From positions 6,090 through 70,089 of the forward strand of contig PEZY01000004.1 in assembly GCA_002773855.1 (NCBI GenBank): a stretch of 64,000 bases of DNA, written 5' to 3'. Below are positions 38,665 through 50,712 of the stretch, piece after piece. This DNA is from Candidatus Buchananbacteria bacterium CG10_big_fil_rev_8_21_14_0_10_33_19. Lineage in GTDB: Bacteria; Patescibacteriota; Patescibacteriia; 2-01-FULL-39-33. Position numbers and translations under genes: made by a program. The number at the start of each line of letters is the position of its first letter. The stretch's first letter is position 1. Below the pieces are notes generated by a model. It did no database searches and was not told where the DNA came from. It saw only the letters and a program-made list of their open reading frames with translations.

Positions 38665-39568
38665 TGTTCCATTCCTTTCGTTTCATGTAATAGCCTAAGC
38701 TAGCATAAAAATTGACTAAATCATTGCAACCAGTTATTGCATATATTTCTTCTGGAGTTAAATCAGTTTTCCAGCTCTCATCAATGGAGATTAAAGTATT
38801 GTCATCATATCTCATTCTGTTACCCATTAGAGTATGACCCTTATCATCCTTGAAAGAAATCATTGAAGAAGAAAATATAATACCCAAAAAATCACAAATT
38901 CTAGACAATTCTAATTCGGGGTTTAAACATAAATCTTCATATCTGACATGCAAAACACGTTCAGAATCAATAATACCCAGTGCTTTTTGAGCAAAATTCA
39001 GTAAGACGGGAATTTTCATTGATACTGGTCTTGAAACTCCCTTTCTAATACCAGCGTTCTTACTGGAAACATAAACACCTCTTGGATCTCTGGTTAATAG
39101 AATAACTTTCCATCCACCAACCCCCAACAACTTCTCTGCGATTATAATATTTTTAGTATTATCAACAATTATGTCCCTCTCTAAAACAGATCGAAAAACA
39201 CTTGTAATCAGTCCCAATCCTTCACAGCTCAAACCGAGTAAGCGATCGAGATTTTCTTCACTTAAATCAAGCTGCTTATTACTAGGCAAACTAAGTTTAT
39301 GATAGACCTTGTCTGGCTCCTCAATCTTATCAATACAACAACAAAATTCATAAATAGCATCAACACTTTCTTTATTAGTAAGTCGTTCATTTATTGAGTG
39401 AAGAAAACTACAGCCAATTTGACCACATGAACACATTACATCATCGGGTGATATTTTTCCCCAATAGGATGACTCGCCAATATGGAAAATATCTGGATGA
39501 TTGTTTAACATCATACCCAATAAAGTTGACCCTGAACGAGGTAATGTAGCAATATAAACATTATTCAT
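38636..39568 (-). CDS. Sulfotransferase-family protein.
   Basis: 5'-PSB-like 'TLPRSGSTLL' and 3'-PB-like 'LLTRDPRGVYVS' motifs. 29-nt overlap with the downstream kinase-like gene. Confidence 0.6.
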   Translation of the reverse strand: MNNVYIATLPRSGSTLLGMMLNNHPDIFHIGESSYWGKISPDDVMCSCGQIGCSFLHSINERLTNKESVDAIYEFCCCIDKIEEPDKVYHKLSLPSNKQLDLSEENLDRLLGLSCEGLGLITSVFRSVLERDIIVDNTKNIIIAEKLLGVGGWKVILLTRDPRGVYVSSKNAGIRKGVSRPVSMKIPVLLNFAQKALGIIDSERVLHVRYEDLCLNPELELSRICDFLGIIFSSSMISFKDDKGHTLMGNRMRYDDNTLISIDESWKTDLTPEEIYAITGCNDLVNFYASLGYYMKRKEWNNEIAKGFII

Positions 39569-39778
39569 TTTTTTACCCTCCCTTCGGTAATATTTTCAAT
39601 GTACATTTAACTGTTTAAAATACCACGTAATAACACAATTGTCAAACAGTTAATCCCATTTTTTTTATAACAGAAAATGAAACAATTCAAACACTAATTA
39701 AGTAATTTTGATGATTTATCCTAAACTCCTCCCAATCAAAAGTTCTGAATGCGTCACAAAGCCCACCCCAATTAAAAC

Positions 39779-39836
39779 GACGGGCTTTATGCCCGTTTTT
39801 TTAATTAAATAAAAAAGAACTAACTTACGTTAGTTC
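39779..39836 (-). terminator. Tandem hairpin terminators after the amidase gene. The first stem-loop contains the stop codon in its loop.
   Basis: AGAACTAAC-GTAA-GTTAGTTCT followed by a T-run, then CGGGC-TTTAT-GCCCG. Confidence 0.45.
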
Positions 39837-40292
39837 TTTAGCTTTTAATAAATATTCTCTGATTATTCTCATATCAATATTTTCACCAGGACAAGTTTTT
39901 ACTACACCGAATAATTCTCGATGACCCAAAACATTCTCCACTGGAATATTATACTGCGACATTTTTAAAAGCAATAAACGAAAAAGGGCATGGAGTTGTT
40001 TATTACTTGGAACAATTTTATCAAAATCACCAATCAAACAAACACCTAAAGAGTTATCATTATAGCCCAAGGCATGAGCTCCTTGAAACTGCTCTAATCT
40101 ACCTGGATAAACTTTACCATTAACAGTAAACGGCCTAGTGTTGCCAATCAACCAATGATAGCCAATATCTTTCCAACCTCGTAAATATAAATGTCGAAAC
40201 CTTACAAAAGCTGGCCAATCATTATTTCTTTGACTGTGGTGAATAATAAGATATTCAACTTTTTCCAACTCCAGCAAAGTTTTATCCTCCAC
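39825..40292 (-). CDS. N-acetylmuramoyl-L-alanine amidase (amidase_2 / PGRP family).
   Basis: 'IIHHSQ', 'GYHWLIG' and 'HALGYNDNSLGVCLIGDF' zinc-amidase blocks. Confidence 0.75.
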   Translation of the reverse strand: MEDKTLLELEKVEYLIIHHSQRNNDWPAFVRFRHLYLRGWKDIGYHWLIGNTRPFTVNGKVYPGRLEQFQGAHALGYNDNSLGVCLIGDFDKIVPSNKQLHALFRLLLLKMSQYNIPVENVLGHRELFGVVKTCPGENIDMRIIREYLLKAKELT

Positions 40293-40309
40293 AGTTACTA
40301 TAACTGAGT

Positions 40310-40900
40310 TTAAATGGATTTAATTTCTATTTCCTTGGCTTGAAAAATAATTAAATCACTATCACTATGTCGACTACTAATTGCTTGATAGATATCTGCC
40401 ATCGATATTTCGAGACTACTAAAAACCCCTGAGAAAGAAACAGCCGCACATAGTCCAATATGATGACTTTTATATTCAGTTGGTGATTTTAAATTAAAAT
40501 TACAGGTCACACGCCAATCTGAAATAAACTCTTCAAAACCAGCACTAAAAGGACAAGCTGAACACAATAATTTTTGATATTCAACTAGACTAATTTCTCG
40601 AGCTAATTTATGATACCAACCCCAATAATAAATCCTACCCTCTGGGGCCGACGGTAATTTTTCACCCTCGGCGACTTTAGGATAATCACTGGGCAAAATT
40701 ACACCAAATTTTTCTGACAACTCGCTAGCATATTTTTGTTGAACGCTCATGTTCTGTTTAACACTTTCAGATACTTCACCATTTGGATCATCAATTCGAC
40801 CTTTATTTAAATCATGGCTCATACGAAAAATTAAGTCACCTAATAATTCAATATTACACCAATATTCTATTTCGGTTTCTGGCTGATTATCTGGTGTCAT
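40310..40900 (-). CDS. Hypothetical protein (196 aa).
   Basis: ORF only. Cys-containing 'CSACPFSAG'. Confidence 0.3.
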   Translation of the reverse strand: MTPDNQPETEIEYWCNIELLGDLIFRMSHDLNKGRIDDPNGEVSESVKQNMSVQQKYASELSEKFGVILPSDYPKVAEGEKLPSAPEGRIYYWGWYHKLAREISLVEYQKLLCSACPFSAGFEEFISDWRVTCNFNLKSPTEYKSHHIGLCAAVSFSGVFSSLEISMADIYQAISSRHSDSDLIIFQAKEIEIKSI

Positions 40901-41041
40901 TACATATTTTCCTTTGGTTTGTAAAAGTGCTATTAACCTACAAATTATCGCATATTAGATTAGAAGTCAAGAAAACATTACTCTCGATTTTTTTATAAAA
41001 ATATACTATAATATGTTGATGTTAAAATAAAAAAACAAACA

Positions 41042-42250
41042 ATGAAATTATCCAAAGAAAAAATAATTATAATTCTAACTATCTTAATCGATGTCATTGG
41101 GATTGGCATTGTTATTCCGGTTATGCCGTTTTTTGTTCAAAGCCTAGGTGCTTCGGCAATAACTATCACTTCATTATTTGCTGTTTTTGCTCTATGTTCA
41201 TTTATTAGTTCACCACTTTTAGGTAGTTTGTCGGATAAGTTTGGTCGACGACCAGCCTTAATCACCAGTTTAGCTAGCACAGCTATTGGTTGGTTTTTCT
41301 TTGCTAGTGCGCATAATATTATTATTTTATTTATTGGACGAATTATTGATGGACTGGCGGCTGGCAACTTTACTATTGCTCAAAGTTATATGGCTGATAT
41401 GTCTAAAAATGATAAAGAAAGAACGGCTAACATGGGTATGATTGGAGCCATATTTGGCCTAGGTTTTATTATCGGCCCCATAATCGGTGCTGTCCTCTCT
41501 AACATTTCAATGGCCTTTCCTTTTTGGTTTGTGGGCGCACTGGCAACTTTAAACACCATTGCTGCCATGATATTTTTACCAGAAACCAACAAAGATCTTC
41601 ATCGAGATAAGAAAATATCTATTCATCCTTTTACTCCAATTAAGGCTGCTATCGAAGATAAATTTTTAAGACCTCGATATTTAATTTTATTTTTATTTAG
41701 CTTGGCCTTTACTGTTCAGCAATCTGTCTTTGCTCTTTACACTCAAGAAGCTTTTAATTTTACGGTGGCCTCCACCAGCTATTTGATGACAGCTATGGGA
41801 TTAATCATGGTTATCAATCAAGGTTTTCTACTGAAGAATTTTTGGTTGAAAAAATTTACAGAAGCTAAATTAGAAGTTTGGTTGGTACTAGTTATAGCTA
41901 TGAGTTTTATATTTATGAGCTTTGCCTCTATTTATATATTTATGTCTGGTATTTTTGTAATGATGTTGTGCCAATCGGTTTTACGAGCTGTCATGTCTAG
42001 TCGTATAACTGGTTTTTCTGATCCTCGTAAAAAGGGTGAAGTAGCTGGTATTATGTCATCAATGATGACTCTTGGTATGATTATTGGACCACTAGTTATC
42101 GGCTATATTTATATTATTAATCATCGTCTACCATTTATAATTAGTGGTATTGTTTTATTTATAGCCTTTATAGTGGCCTATGCCTCACGACATAAAATAC
42201 CAGAAAAAAAATTCCACCATGAAGAAGTGACTCCAATAGAAACCATTTAA
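41042..42250 (+). CDS. MFS transporter (drug/H+ antiporter type).
   Basis: 12 TM helices. MFS motif A 'GSLSDKFGRRPALI'. Confidence 0.8.
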   Translation: MKLSKEKIIIILTILIDVIGIGIVIPVMPFFVQSLGASAITITSLFAVFALCSFISSPLLGSLSDKFGRRPALITSLASTAIGWFFFASAHNIIILFIGRIIDGLAAGNFTIAQSYMADMSKNDKERTANMGMIGAIFGLGFIIGPIIGAVLSNISMAFPFWFVGALATLNTIAAMIFLPETNKDLHRDKKISIHPFTPIKAAIEDKFLRPRYLILFLFSLAFTVQQSVFALYTQEAFNFTVASTSYLMTAMGLIMVINQGFLLKNFWLKKFTEAKLEVWLVLVIAMSFIFMSFASIYIFMSGIFVMMLCQSVLRAVMSSRITGFSDPRKKGEVAGIMSSMMTLGMIIGPLVIGYIYIINHRLPFIISGIVLFIAFIVAYASRHKIPEKKFHHEEVTPIETI

Positions 42251-42286
42251 ACAAAAAATAGTCCCAGTGTTTGGGACTATTTTTTA

Positions 42287-42696
42287 TTATTTAGTCATTT
42301 GATCTAATTGCTTTTTTAAAGCGAAGTGTTCTTTCTTTAAAAATATAATCTGATATTCACTTAACGATTCATGATTGGCTAGTTTTTGATTAATCATAGC
42401 TAAATAATCTTGAATGGAAGTTAACGACACATCACTTGCTTCATCAGCTGACATACACAAAACTTCTACAGAATTATGATGGCGATCAACATTTAAAACA
42501 CCATTTTTAATATAATATTTAGCAACAGTGTCACCAAATTTTATTACTACCTTAGAAAATACGATAGAACCAATTAAGTCTGTATGACCTGGTAAGACTA
42601 CCATTCGACCAGTTTCTGTATCAATCTGAAATTCATTAACTTCTTGATTAAAAGCAGTAGCTAGTGGAGTTCTAATTGTCAGATTAAATGTTTTCA

Positions 42697-42697
<1 letters not shown>
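42287..42697 (-). CDS. atpC: F1 ATP synthase epsilon subunit.
   Basis: Operon position after atpD. N-terminal beta-sandwich 'RMVVLPGHTDLIGSI'. Confidence 0.8.
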
Positions 42698-44106
<1,409 letters not shown>

Positions 44107-44277
44107 TTAATTATTTAGGGTTTATTGCCGAATAATCTTTTAATCATAAATTTTTATAATTTTGAGATAAATTCTACAAATAATTTTTGAAATTTAGTTA
44201 TACTAAGTTGAATAAATTTTTGGATAATTTATCCGAAATTTAGAAATTTTAGTAAAAGCTTTATTTGGTAATAGACC

Positions 44278-45171
44278 CTAGATAAAACTTGCACCGACAA
44301 TTTCTGAAATTTCTTGAGTAATCGCAGCTTGTCTTATTTTATTCATTAATAATGATTTTCCTTTTATCAATTTATCAGCATTGTCAGTCGCACTTTGCAT
44401 AGCAATCATTCGACTAGAATATTCACTCGCTTTTAAATCATAAAAGGCTTGTAAAAATAATACATTAATAATATCTTCAATTAATCTTTCGGCTACTAAG
44501 TCTTCTGATGGCTCATAAAGAGTCACCCGTGAACGATTATTTCTAATCTTTTTAGTAAAAACTTCTGGATGAACACCAATATGTGATTGTAAAATATTAT
44601 CTGATAACGGTAAAAATTGTTTAATAATTGGATAAAAAGTAAACGAATTTCTATAGTGTGGTGCTACCATATAAATTTTTTTGGCATAACTGTTGTTCCA
44701 ATAATCAACAATTTTAGATATGTGATTTAAAGCCTCATACTGATTCATTTTTTCATCCAAATTTTCAAAAGACTGCAATGGTTCAATACCCTGAAATTTA
44801 ATAAAATTAGTGGCTTTTCGACCAATGGTAATTACCTGTCTTTGATCAGATTTAAGTTCTTGCCAGACTTTAGACTGAATAAACGCCCTAAATAATTGCT
44901 GGTTTAAGGCACCGCACAAACCTTTATCTGAAGAATATAGAATAAAAATAGTTTGCCCTTGATCTCGATTTTTTAAAAAACTACTATCACTTAAATCTTC
45001 TGGATTATTAGCCAAAATATACAAAAGATCAAAAGCAAAATTTCTAATACTGATGGCCTTAGTTTGAAACTGCCTTGATTTAGCAGCTGCTACTAATTGC
45101 ATCGCCTTAGTAATTTTTTTGGTATTCTTAATACCGTTTATTTGATTTTTAATTTCCAACAGTGAAGCCAT
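44278..45171 (-). CDS. atpG: F1 ATP synthase gamma subunit.
   Basis: 'IKNTKKITKAMQLVAAAK' N-terminus and 'ITQEISEIVGA' C-terminus. Confidence 0.9.
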   Translation of the reverse strand: MASLLEIKNQINGIKNTKKITKAMQLVAAAKSRQFQTKAISIRNFAFDLLYILANNPEDLSDSSFLKNRDQGQTIFILYSSDKGLCGALNQQLFRAFIQSKVWQELKSDQRQVITIGRKATNFIKFQGIEPLQSFENLDEKMNQYEALNHISKIVDYWNNSYAKKIYMVAPHYRNSFTFYPIIKQFLPLSDNILQSHIGVHPEVFTKKIRNNRSRVTLYEPSEDLVAERLIEDIINVLFLQAFYDLKASEYSSRMIAMQSATDNADKLIKGKSLLMNKIRQAAITQEISEIVGASFI

Positions 45172-45176
45172 AATAA

Positions 45177-46682
45177 TTAACTAAATATTTTATCGATACT
45201 TTCTTTCAAACCGGCTTTAATATCATCAGTTAGATCTTTTTTATCTGAAATATCATTAATTAATTTTGAATATTTTTTAGATAATTGATCAAATAAATAT
45301 TCTATTTTTTCCGCTACTTCTTTGCTATTTAATCTATCAAAATAACCACCGGTCGACGCAAACAAAATAGCCACTTGTTGCCAAACAGCATAAGCAGTTC
45401 TTTCTTTTTGTTTTAAAGCTTCTACAACAGCTGAACCTCTGGCCAAGCTTTTCTTAGTTTGAGCATCTAGATCTGAAGCAAATTGTGAAAAGGCTTCTAA
45501 CTCATAGAACTGGGCTAAATCCAATTTAACCGTACCAGAAACTTTTTTCATAATTTTAGTTTGGGCAGCACCACCAACTCGAGATACTGACAAACCAACA
45601 TTAATCGCTGGCCTAATACCTTTATTAAATAAATTAGTTTCTAAAAATATCTGACCATCAGTAATAGAAATAACATTGGTTGGAATATAAGCTGACACAT
45701 CACCAGCTTGAGTTTCAATAATTGGTAAGGCAGTAATACTACCACCACCATACTTTTCATTTAATTTTACAGAACGCTCTAATAATCTAGAATGAATATA
45801 AAAAACGTCGCCGGGATAAGCTTCTCGTCCTGGTGGTCGTCGAAGTAATAATGACATTTCTCGATAAGCGACGGCGTGTTTAGATAAATCATCAAAAACA
45901 ATCAAAACATCCTTACCTTTTTCACAAAAATATTCAGCTAAAGCTATACCAGCATAAGGTGCTAAAAATTGCATCGCCGCTGAAGATGAAGCTGGGGCCG
46001 AAACAATAGTAGTGTAATCCATCGCGCTATTAGCCTTAAGTGTCTCATACACCTGTCTTAATTTTCCTTCTCTTTGAGCGACTGAAACATAAATACAAAT
46101 AACATCTTCCTGTTTTTGATTAATAATAGAATCAATTGCCAAGCTGGTTTTACCGGTTTGTCTATCACCAATAATTAATTCTCTTTGACCACGACCAATT
46201 GGCACCAAAGCATCAATAGCAATAATACCAGTCTGCAGTGGCTGAGATACTGACTGACGAGTCATAACTCCTGGCGCAATTCTTTCGTGATTTCTTATTT
46301 CAGTAGATTTTATTTTACCTAAATCATCAAGTGGTTCACCTAAAGCATCAATTACCCGGCCTATCATACTATCGCCAACTGGCATAGACAATGTAATTCC
46401 CTTAGACTCTACAAACATACCTTCTTTAACTTTTATAGTTGGTTGAAGCACCAAGCCATAAGCCCGATCTTTTTCTAAATTCAAAATAAGAACTTGGATA
46501 TTTAAACCAGAAACCGACACCACTTCACCCATTTTAAGTGATGGTAAACCGGTAATTTCAATAACACCGTCCTTATATGATTCAATTTTACCCAGAGCCA
46601 TGCCGCTGTTTGATGTAGTAGCTGGTTGTGATAACATCGCCTCAATTGAATCTAGAAAATTTGATAATTGTTTTTTACTCAT
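45177..46682 (-). CDS. atpA: F1 ATP synthase alpha subunit.
   Basis: P-loop 'GDRQTGKT' and 'REAYPGDVFYIHSRLLER'. Confidence 0.95.
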   Translation of the reverse strand: MSKKQLSNFLDSIEAMLSQPATTSNSGMALGKIESYKDGVIEITGLPSLKMGEVVSVSGLNIQVLILNLEKDRAYGLVLQPTIKVKEGMFVESKGITLSMPVGDSMIGRVIDALGEPLDDLGKIKSTEIRNHERIAPGVMTRQSVSQPLQTGIIAIDALVPIGRGQRELIIGDRQTGKTSLAIDSIINQKQEDVICIYVSVAQREGKLRQVYETLKANSAMDYTTIVSAPASSSAAMQFLAPYAGIALAEYFCEKGKDVLIVFDDLSKHAVAYREMSLLLRRPPGREAYPGDVFYIHSRLLERSVKLNEKYGGGSITALPIIETQAGDVSAYIPTNVISITDGQIFLETNLFNKGIRPAINVGLSVSRVGGAAQTKIMKKVSGTVKLDLAQFYELEAFSQFASDLDAQTKKSLARGSAVVEALKQKERTAYAVWQQVAILFASTGGYFDRLNSKEVAEKIEYLFDQLSKKYSKLINDISDKKDLTDDIKAGLKESIDKIFS

Positions 46683-46690
46683 TGCTTAAT

Positions 46691-47278
46691 TTAAATACTT
46701 TTTAATAAAGATATTCGGCCTAACCAACTAGCGTCTTGTAACACACTATTGGCATAAACACGCATACCGCCTAATAAACTCTTTTGAATCTGAAATGAAA
46801 CATAAAATTTATCCTTGTTATACGATCTGATTTCCAATTTTAATTTAGGTTCACATTCCCTAGCCGACTGGATTAATAAACTAAAACGATTAGGGTAAAC
46901 TCGCAAAACTAAATTACTTAATTCTGATTGTAATTCTTCAAATGAACAAGTAGTTAATAAATTACATAAAACATTCCACATCAAACCTGAGTGACTAATA
47001 TTTTTTTGCAAAAAATCTCTTTTATTTTTAACACTGTCAACAAAAAAAGTAGCTGGTATTTTATCAATTTCTGGTACGACTTTTTCCTCTAAAAAATTAA
47101 CAAATACTTTAAGAACTTCGGTGGATTCTAATTCTAAATTATTAGTCTCGGCTAAAAAATTAATTGATTCCTTGATTAGCCCAAAAATATCAGCCTCTTC
47201 TGATGGTAATTTAAATTTGATTGGATAGGTTTTGTTAATTAAATCATAAATAAAACCTAAAAAAACTTTTTCAATCAT
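46691..47278 (-). CDS. atpH: ATP synthase delta (OSCP) subunit, divergent.
   Basis: Operon position. C-terminal 'LGGMRVYANSVLQDASWLGRISLL' is delta-like. Confidence 0.6.
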   Translation of the reverse strand: MIEKVFLGFIYDLINKTYPIKFKLPSEEADIFGLIKESINFLAETNNLELESTEVLKVFVNFLEEKVVPEIDKIPATFFVDSVKNKRDFLQKNISHSGLMWNVLCNLLTTCSFEELQSELSNLVLRVYPNRFSLLIQSARECEPKLKLEIRSYNKDKFYVSFQIQKSLLGGMRVYANSVLQDASWLGRISLLKSI

Positions 47279-47288
47279 AAAATATCAA

Positions 47289-47792
47289 CTATAATTTACT
47301 CTTATTACTTTGCCAGGACTTCTTAATGCTTTTTTCAATAACCTCTTCTGGCACACCATCAGATAAGATATCCAACATCACCGATTTAATTAGAGATATA
47401 ACATCTTTTTCGGCTTCTGCTACTATTAATTTTTTCTGTTCACCAATAATAGCTCTGGCCTCTGTTAACATTTTACCTCTTTTTTCTTCCATTTCTACCA
47501 ATAATTCTTGCTTGGCTTCTTTTAATTCGGCTTTAGCTAATGCTCTTTGTTCATTAACTTCATGAATTAATTTATCTTTTTCTAATTCACTCTTCTTAGT
47601 ATAATCTTCTAATTTTTTTCGAAGTATTTCAGCATCTTCTAAATTTTTCTTAATTGTAGCTTTTCGCTCAGAAATAAACGAACGCAATTTTGGATACAAA
47701 AAATAACTAAGGACTATTAATATTAATCCATAATTAATCATGTAGAGGACAATGCCCCAAAAATCAATGCCAATTTTAGCTAAATTCTCCAT
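47289..47792 (-). CDS. atpF: Fo ATP synthase b subunit.
   Basis: Single N-terminal TM then a long charged coiled coil. Operon position. Confidence 0.8.
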   Translation of the reverse strand: MENLAKIGIDFWGIVLYMINYGLILIVLSYFLYPKLRSFISERKATIKKNLEDAEILRKKLEDYTKKSELEKDKLIHEVNEQRALAKAELKEAKQELLVEMEEKRGKMLTEARAIIGEQKKLIVAEAEKDVISLIKSVMLDILSDGVPEEVIEKSIKKSWQSNKSKL

Positions 47793-47798
47793 AGAGTC

Positions 47799-48038
<240 letters not shown>

Positions 48039-48126
48039 TTAAAAAATTAATTAATATTTTTGTATTAAACAAAGTAACACAGATTAAGTAATATTTTTAT
48101 ATATAACCTAATCCACACTACCTTAT

Positions 48127-48909
48127 TTATTCCTCAACTGAAGCCATAGCCAAACTAATATAATTTAAAGATAATAAACTAAAGACAATAGCCTGAATAA
48201 TACCAGAAACAATCCCTAATATAATAAAAGGCATAGGAAATATAAATTGAGTGGCCACTGTTAAGCTCATAATTACCACTACCATTAATTCACCGGCTAA
48301 GACATTACCAAACAAACGACAAGATAAAGAAATTAATTTAGCAATTTCACCAACAATATCTAATAATCCAAGTAAGAATTCTAAAATTGCTTTGGCAAAA
48401 CCTCCAAATGACCTAGCTTTTAAAATTCCACCAATCTTAAAAAAATTACCAATATACTTCAAAGGTTTAATCATTAAAGCCGTAACATGGGTAATGGTTA
48501 AGGTAATTAAAGTAAAGGCTAAAGTCATGCTTAAATGAGATGTTGGTGTATGAAACAAACTAACAGCTTGACCACTAGACAAATGAACAACAATAGAATT
48601 AATAATCGGTAACAATCCAAATAAATTAGCAAAAATTATAACTAGGAAAAAAGTCATAATCAAAGCTAGTGCTCTTTCTGCTCTTTTCTGATCAGGAAAA
48701 GCCGCTGAAGCCTTTTCCATAAACCATTCATAAACACCTTCTAAAACCACTTGCAAGCCAGTCGGCACCAAAGAGGCTGTTAGATAAAAATAGACACTAA
48801 TCAATGTAAGTGCCATCGTAATAAAAAATAAAGCGATGTGAGATGAGGTAATTGGTATAAAACCAAGAATAAAAAAAACCACATCAGGTGAAATGGATAT
48901 ATTTTCCAT
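48127..48909 (-). CDS. atpB: Fo ATP synthase a subunit.
   Basis: Polytopic. Conserved 'LSLSCRLFGN' Arg region. Confidence 0.85.
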   Translation of the reverse strand: MENISISPDVVFFILGFIPITSSHIALFFITMALTLISVYFYLTASLVPTGLQVVLEGVYEWFMEKASAAFPDQKRAERALALIMTFFLVIIFANLFGLLPIINSIVVHLSSGQAVSLFHTPTSHLSMTLAFTLITLTITHVTALMIKPLKYIGNFFKIGGILKARSFGGFAKAILEFLLGLLDIVGEIAKLISLSCRLFGNVLAGELMVVVIMSLTVATQFIFPMPFIILGIVSGIIQAIVFSLLSLNYISLAMASVEE

Positions 48910-48919
48910 AAATAAGTTA

Positions 48920-49180
48920 CTACTTATTATCTAATAATTTCTTAGTGTACTGACTTAATTTTTTGTAAACAAAATACTGAGAAGCTATAAAAGACACAAT
49001 AAATCCTACAATAATTCCTATGGGCTTAGAGCCGACAAAGTAATCTACTAGCCAACCTAAGCCACCAAAAATAATCAAAGCGGAGATAATAGAACTAATA
49101 ATAATTTTATAACGATAACCACTGGATTTAAATAAATTTTCGGCCGCTATTTTAGACTCTGATTGATTATTCATTTTCAA
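48920..49180 (-). CDS. Small two-TM protein at the head of the atp operon (AtpI/AtpZ-like position).
   Basis: Position and topology only. Confidence 0.3.
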   Translation of the reverse strand: MKMNNQSESKIAAENLFKSSGYRYKIIISSIISALIIFGGLGWLVDYFVGSKPIGIIVGFIVSFIASQYFVYKKLSQYTKKLLDNK

Positions 49181-49247
49181 AAAATAATATAAATCTCTAC
49201 CATGTAAATATTACTCATTTTTGGCTTTTTGTCAATATTTTAAAATT

Positions 49248-50195
49248 TTACAATCCCTGATAGGCCTTCTTTAACTGGCTGGCTGATGATTTTAACTTCT
49301 TTTTTTCTAAGGCTGATATGTTTAAAGGCATTTTACTGATTATGCCCTTGGCGCCAACTACTACTGGTAAACTCAGACAAATATCATTTATACCATATTC
49401 ACCTTCCAATAAATGAGATACTGGCAAAACCGTCTTTTTATCGAATAAAATTGTTTGTACCAACTGAGTAACTCCAGCTCCAATCGCATAATAAGTCGAC
49501 TGCTTGCCTTCGATAATGGCATAAGCGGCATTTTTAGCAGACAAAAATATTTTTTCTTTTTCTGGATTAGACATTTTTTTAAATCTATCAATGGGCGCAT
49601 TACCAATAGTAGCTGTACTCCAAAGTGGCACCTCACTATCACCATGCTCTCCCACAATATAAGCATGAACACTCTTAGGATCAACATCCAAATGACGACC
49701 CAACAAAAACCTAAAGCGAGCCGAGTCCAACATAGTTCCAGAACCAATAATTTGTTTTTTCTTACTAGGAAACATTTTAATCGCCATATATGTTAAGACA
49801 TCTACTGGATTAGTTACCATAATTACGATCACATTGGAATTTTGTTTAAAAACTTCTGGTATAATTCCTTTCATTATTGAGGAATTCTTTTTTATTAAAT
49901 CTAGTCTAGTTTCACCATTTTTTTGAGCAGCCCCACAAGTAATAATCACAATTCGACTATCAGCAATATCTTGATAGGTTCCAGTGTGAACTTTAGTATA
50001 ACCCCAAAATGGCACGCTATGTTGCAAATCCATAACCTGTGAATCAACTAATTTTTTATTAATATCAATAATAGCTATGTCTTCAACGGCATTAGCCGAT
50101 AATAAACTAAAAGCGGTGGTACTACCAACCATACCCGCACCTATAATAGTAACTTTGTTTTTAATAGACATATTTTTTATTACTTTATTAACCAC
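49248..50195 (-). CDS. ldh: L-lactate dehydrogenase.
   Basis: 'KVTIIGAGMVG' and 'GEHGDSEVPLWS'. Gln in 'GAAQKNGETRLDL' is the lactate-specificity position (Arg in MDH). Confidence 0.8.
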   Translation of the reverse strand: MVNKVIKNMSIKNKVTIIGAGMVGSTTAFSLLSANAVEDIAIIDINKKLVDSQVMDLQHSVPFWGYTKVHTGTYQDIADSRIVIITCGAAQKNGETRLDLIKKNSSIMKGIIPEVFKQNSNVIVIMVTNPVDVLTYMAIKMFPSKKKQIIGSGTMLDSARFRFLLGRHLDVDPKSVHAYIVGEHGDSEVPLWSTATIGNAPIDRFKKMSNPEKEKIFLSAKNAAYAIIEGKQSTYYAIGAGVTQLVQTILFDKKTVLPVSHLLEGEYGINDICLSLPVVVGAKGIISKMPLNISALEKKKLKSSASQLKKAYQGL

Positions 50196-50284
50196 TTTAA
50201 TTATAACTGATTATTCAATAACAATAAAATAGCCATAAAAAATAGCCTAATTTTTATTAGACTATTTAATTTACTATTTTATGA

Positions 50285-50710
50285 TTATTCAATCTCCCAA
50301 GGATAGACTATCCATTTATTTTCTACGCTAGCAAAATAATCAGGAATTAACTTAGTTTCTGGTTTATAGTGCAAAGTGGCAATTACTACCTGATTATTTA
50401 ATTCTTCCAGATCAACTTTAACCATTATTAAAGTATTACCTTTATCAGACAAATCATCCACTAATAATATTTTTTTATTTTTTAAATCTGAATGAATATC
50501 ACTTAAACGCTTTATTTTATCGCCTACACCACCACCATTATATGAGACTAAATAAACATTAGGATTATTTAGTAGCTGCGCCATTATACCGGCCAAAAAA
50601 ATACCACCCTTAGTAATACCAACAATGCAGTCAAAATCTTCTGTTATCTGATCTTTAATTTTTTGACTGTCATCTATAAATTCCTGCCAAGTATAATATT
50701 TTTTATCCAT
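50285..50710 (-). CDS. Purine phosphoribosyltransferase, Gpt (XGPRT)-like.
   Basis: 'ILLVDDLSDKGNTL' PRPP-binding motif. Overall colinear with E. coli Gpt, including the C-terminal 'WIVYPWE'. Confidence 0.6.
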   Translation of the reverse strand: MDKKYYTWQEFIDDSQKIKDQITEDFDCIVGITKGGIFLAGIMAQLLNNPNVYLVSYNGGGVGDKIKRLSDIHSDLKNKKILLVDDLSDKGNTLIMVKVDLEELNNQVVIATLHYKPETKLIPDYFASVENKWIVYPWEIE

Positions 50711-50712
50711 AG

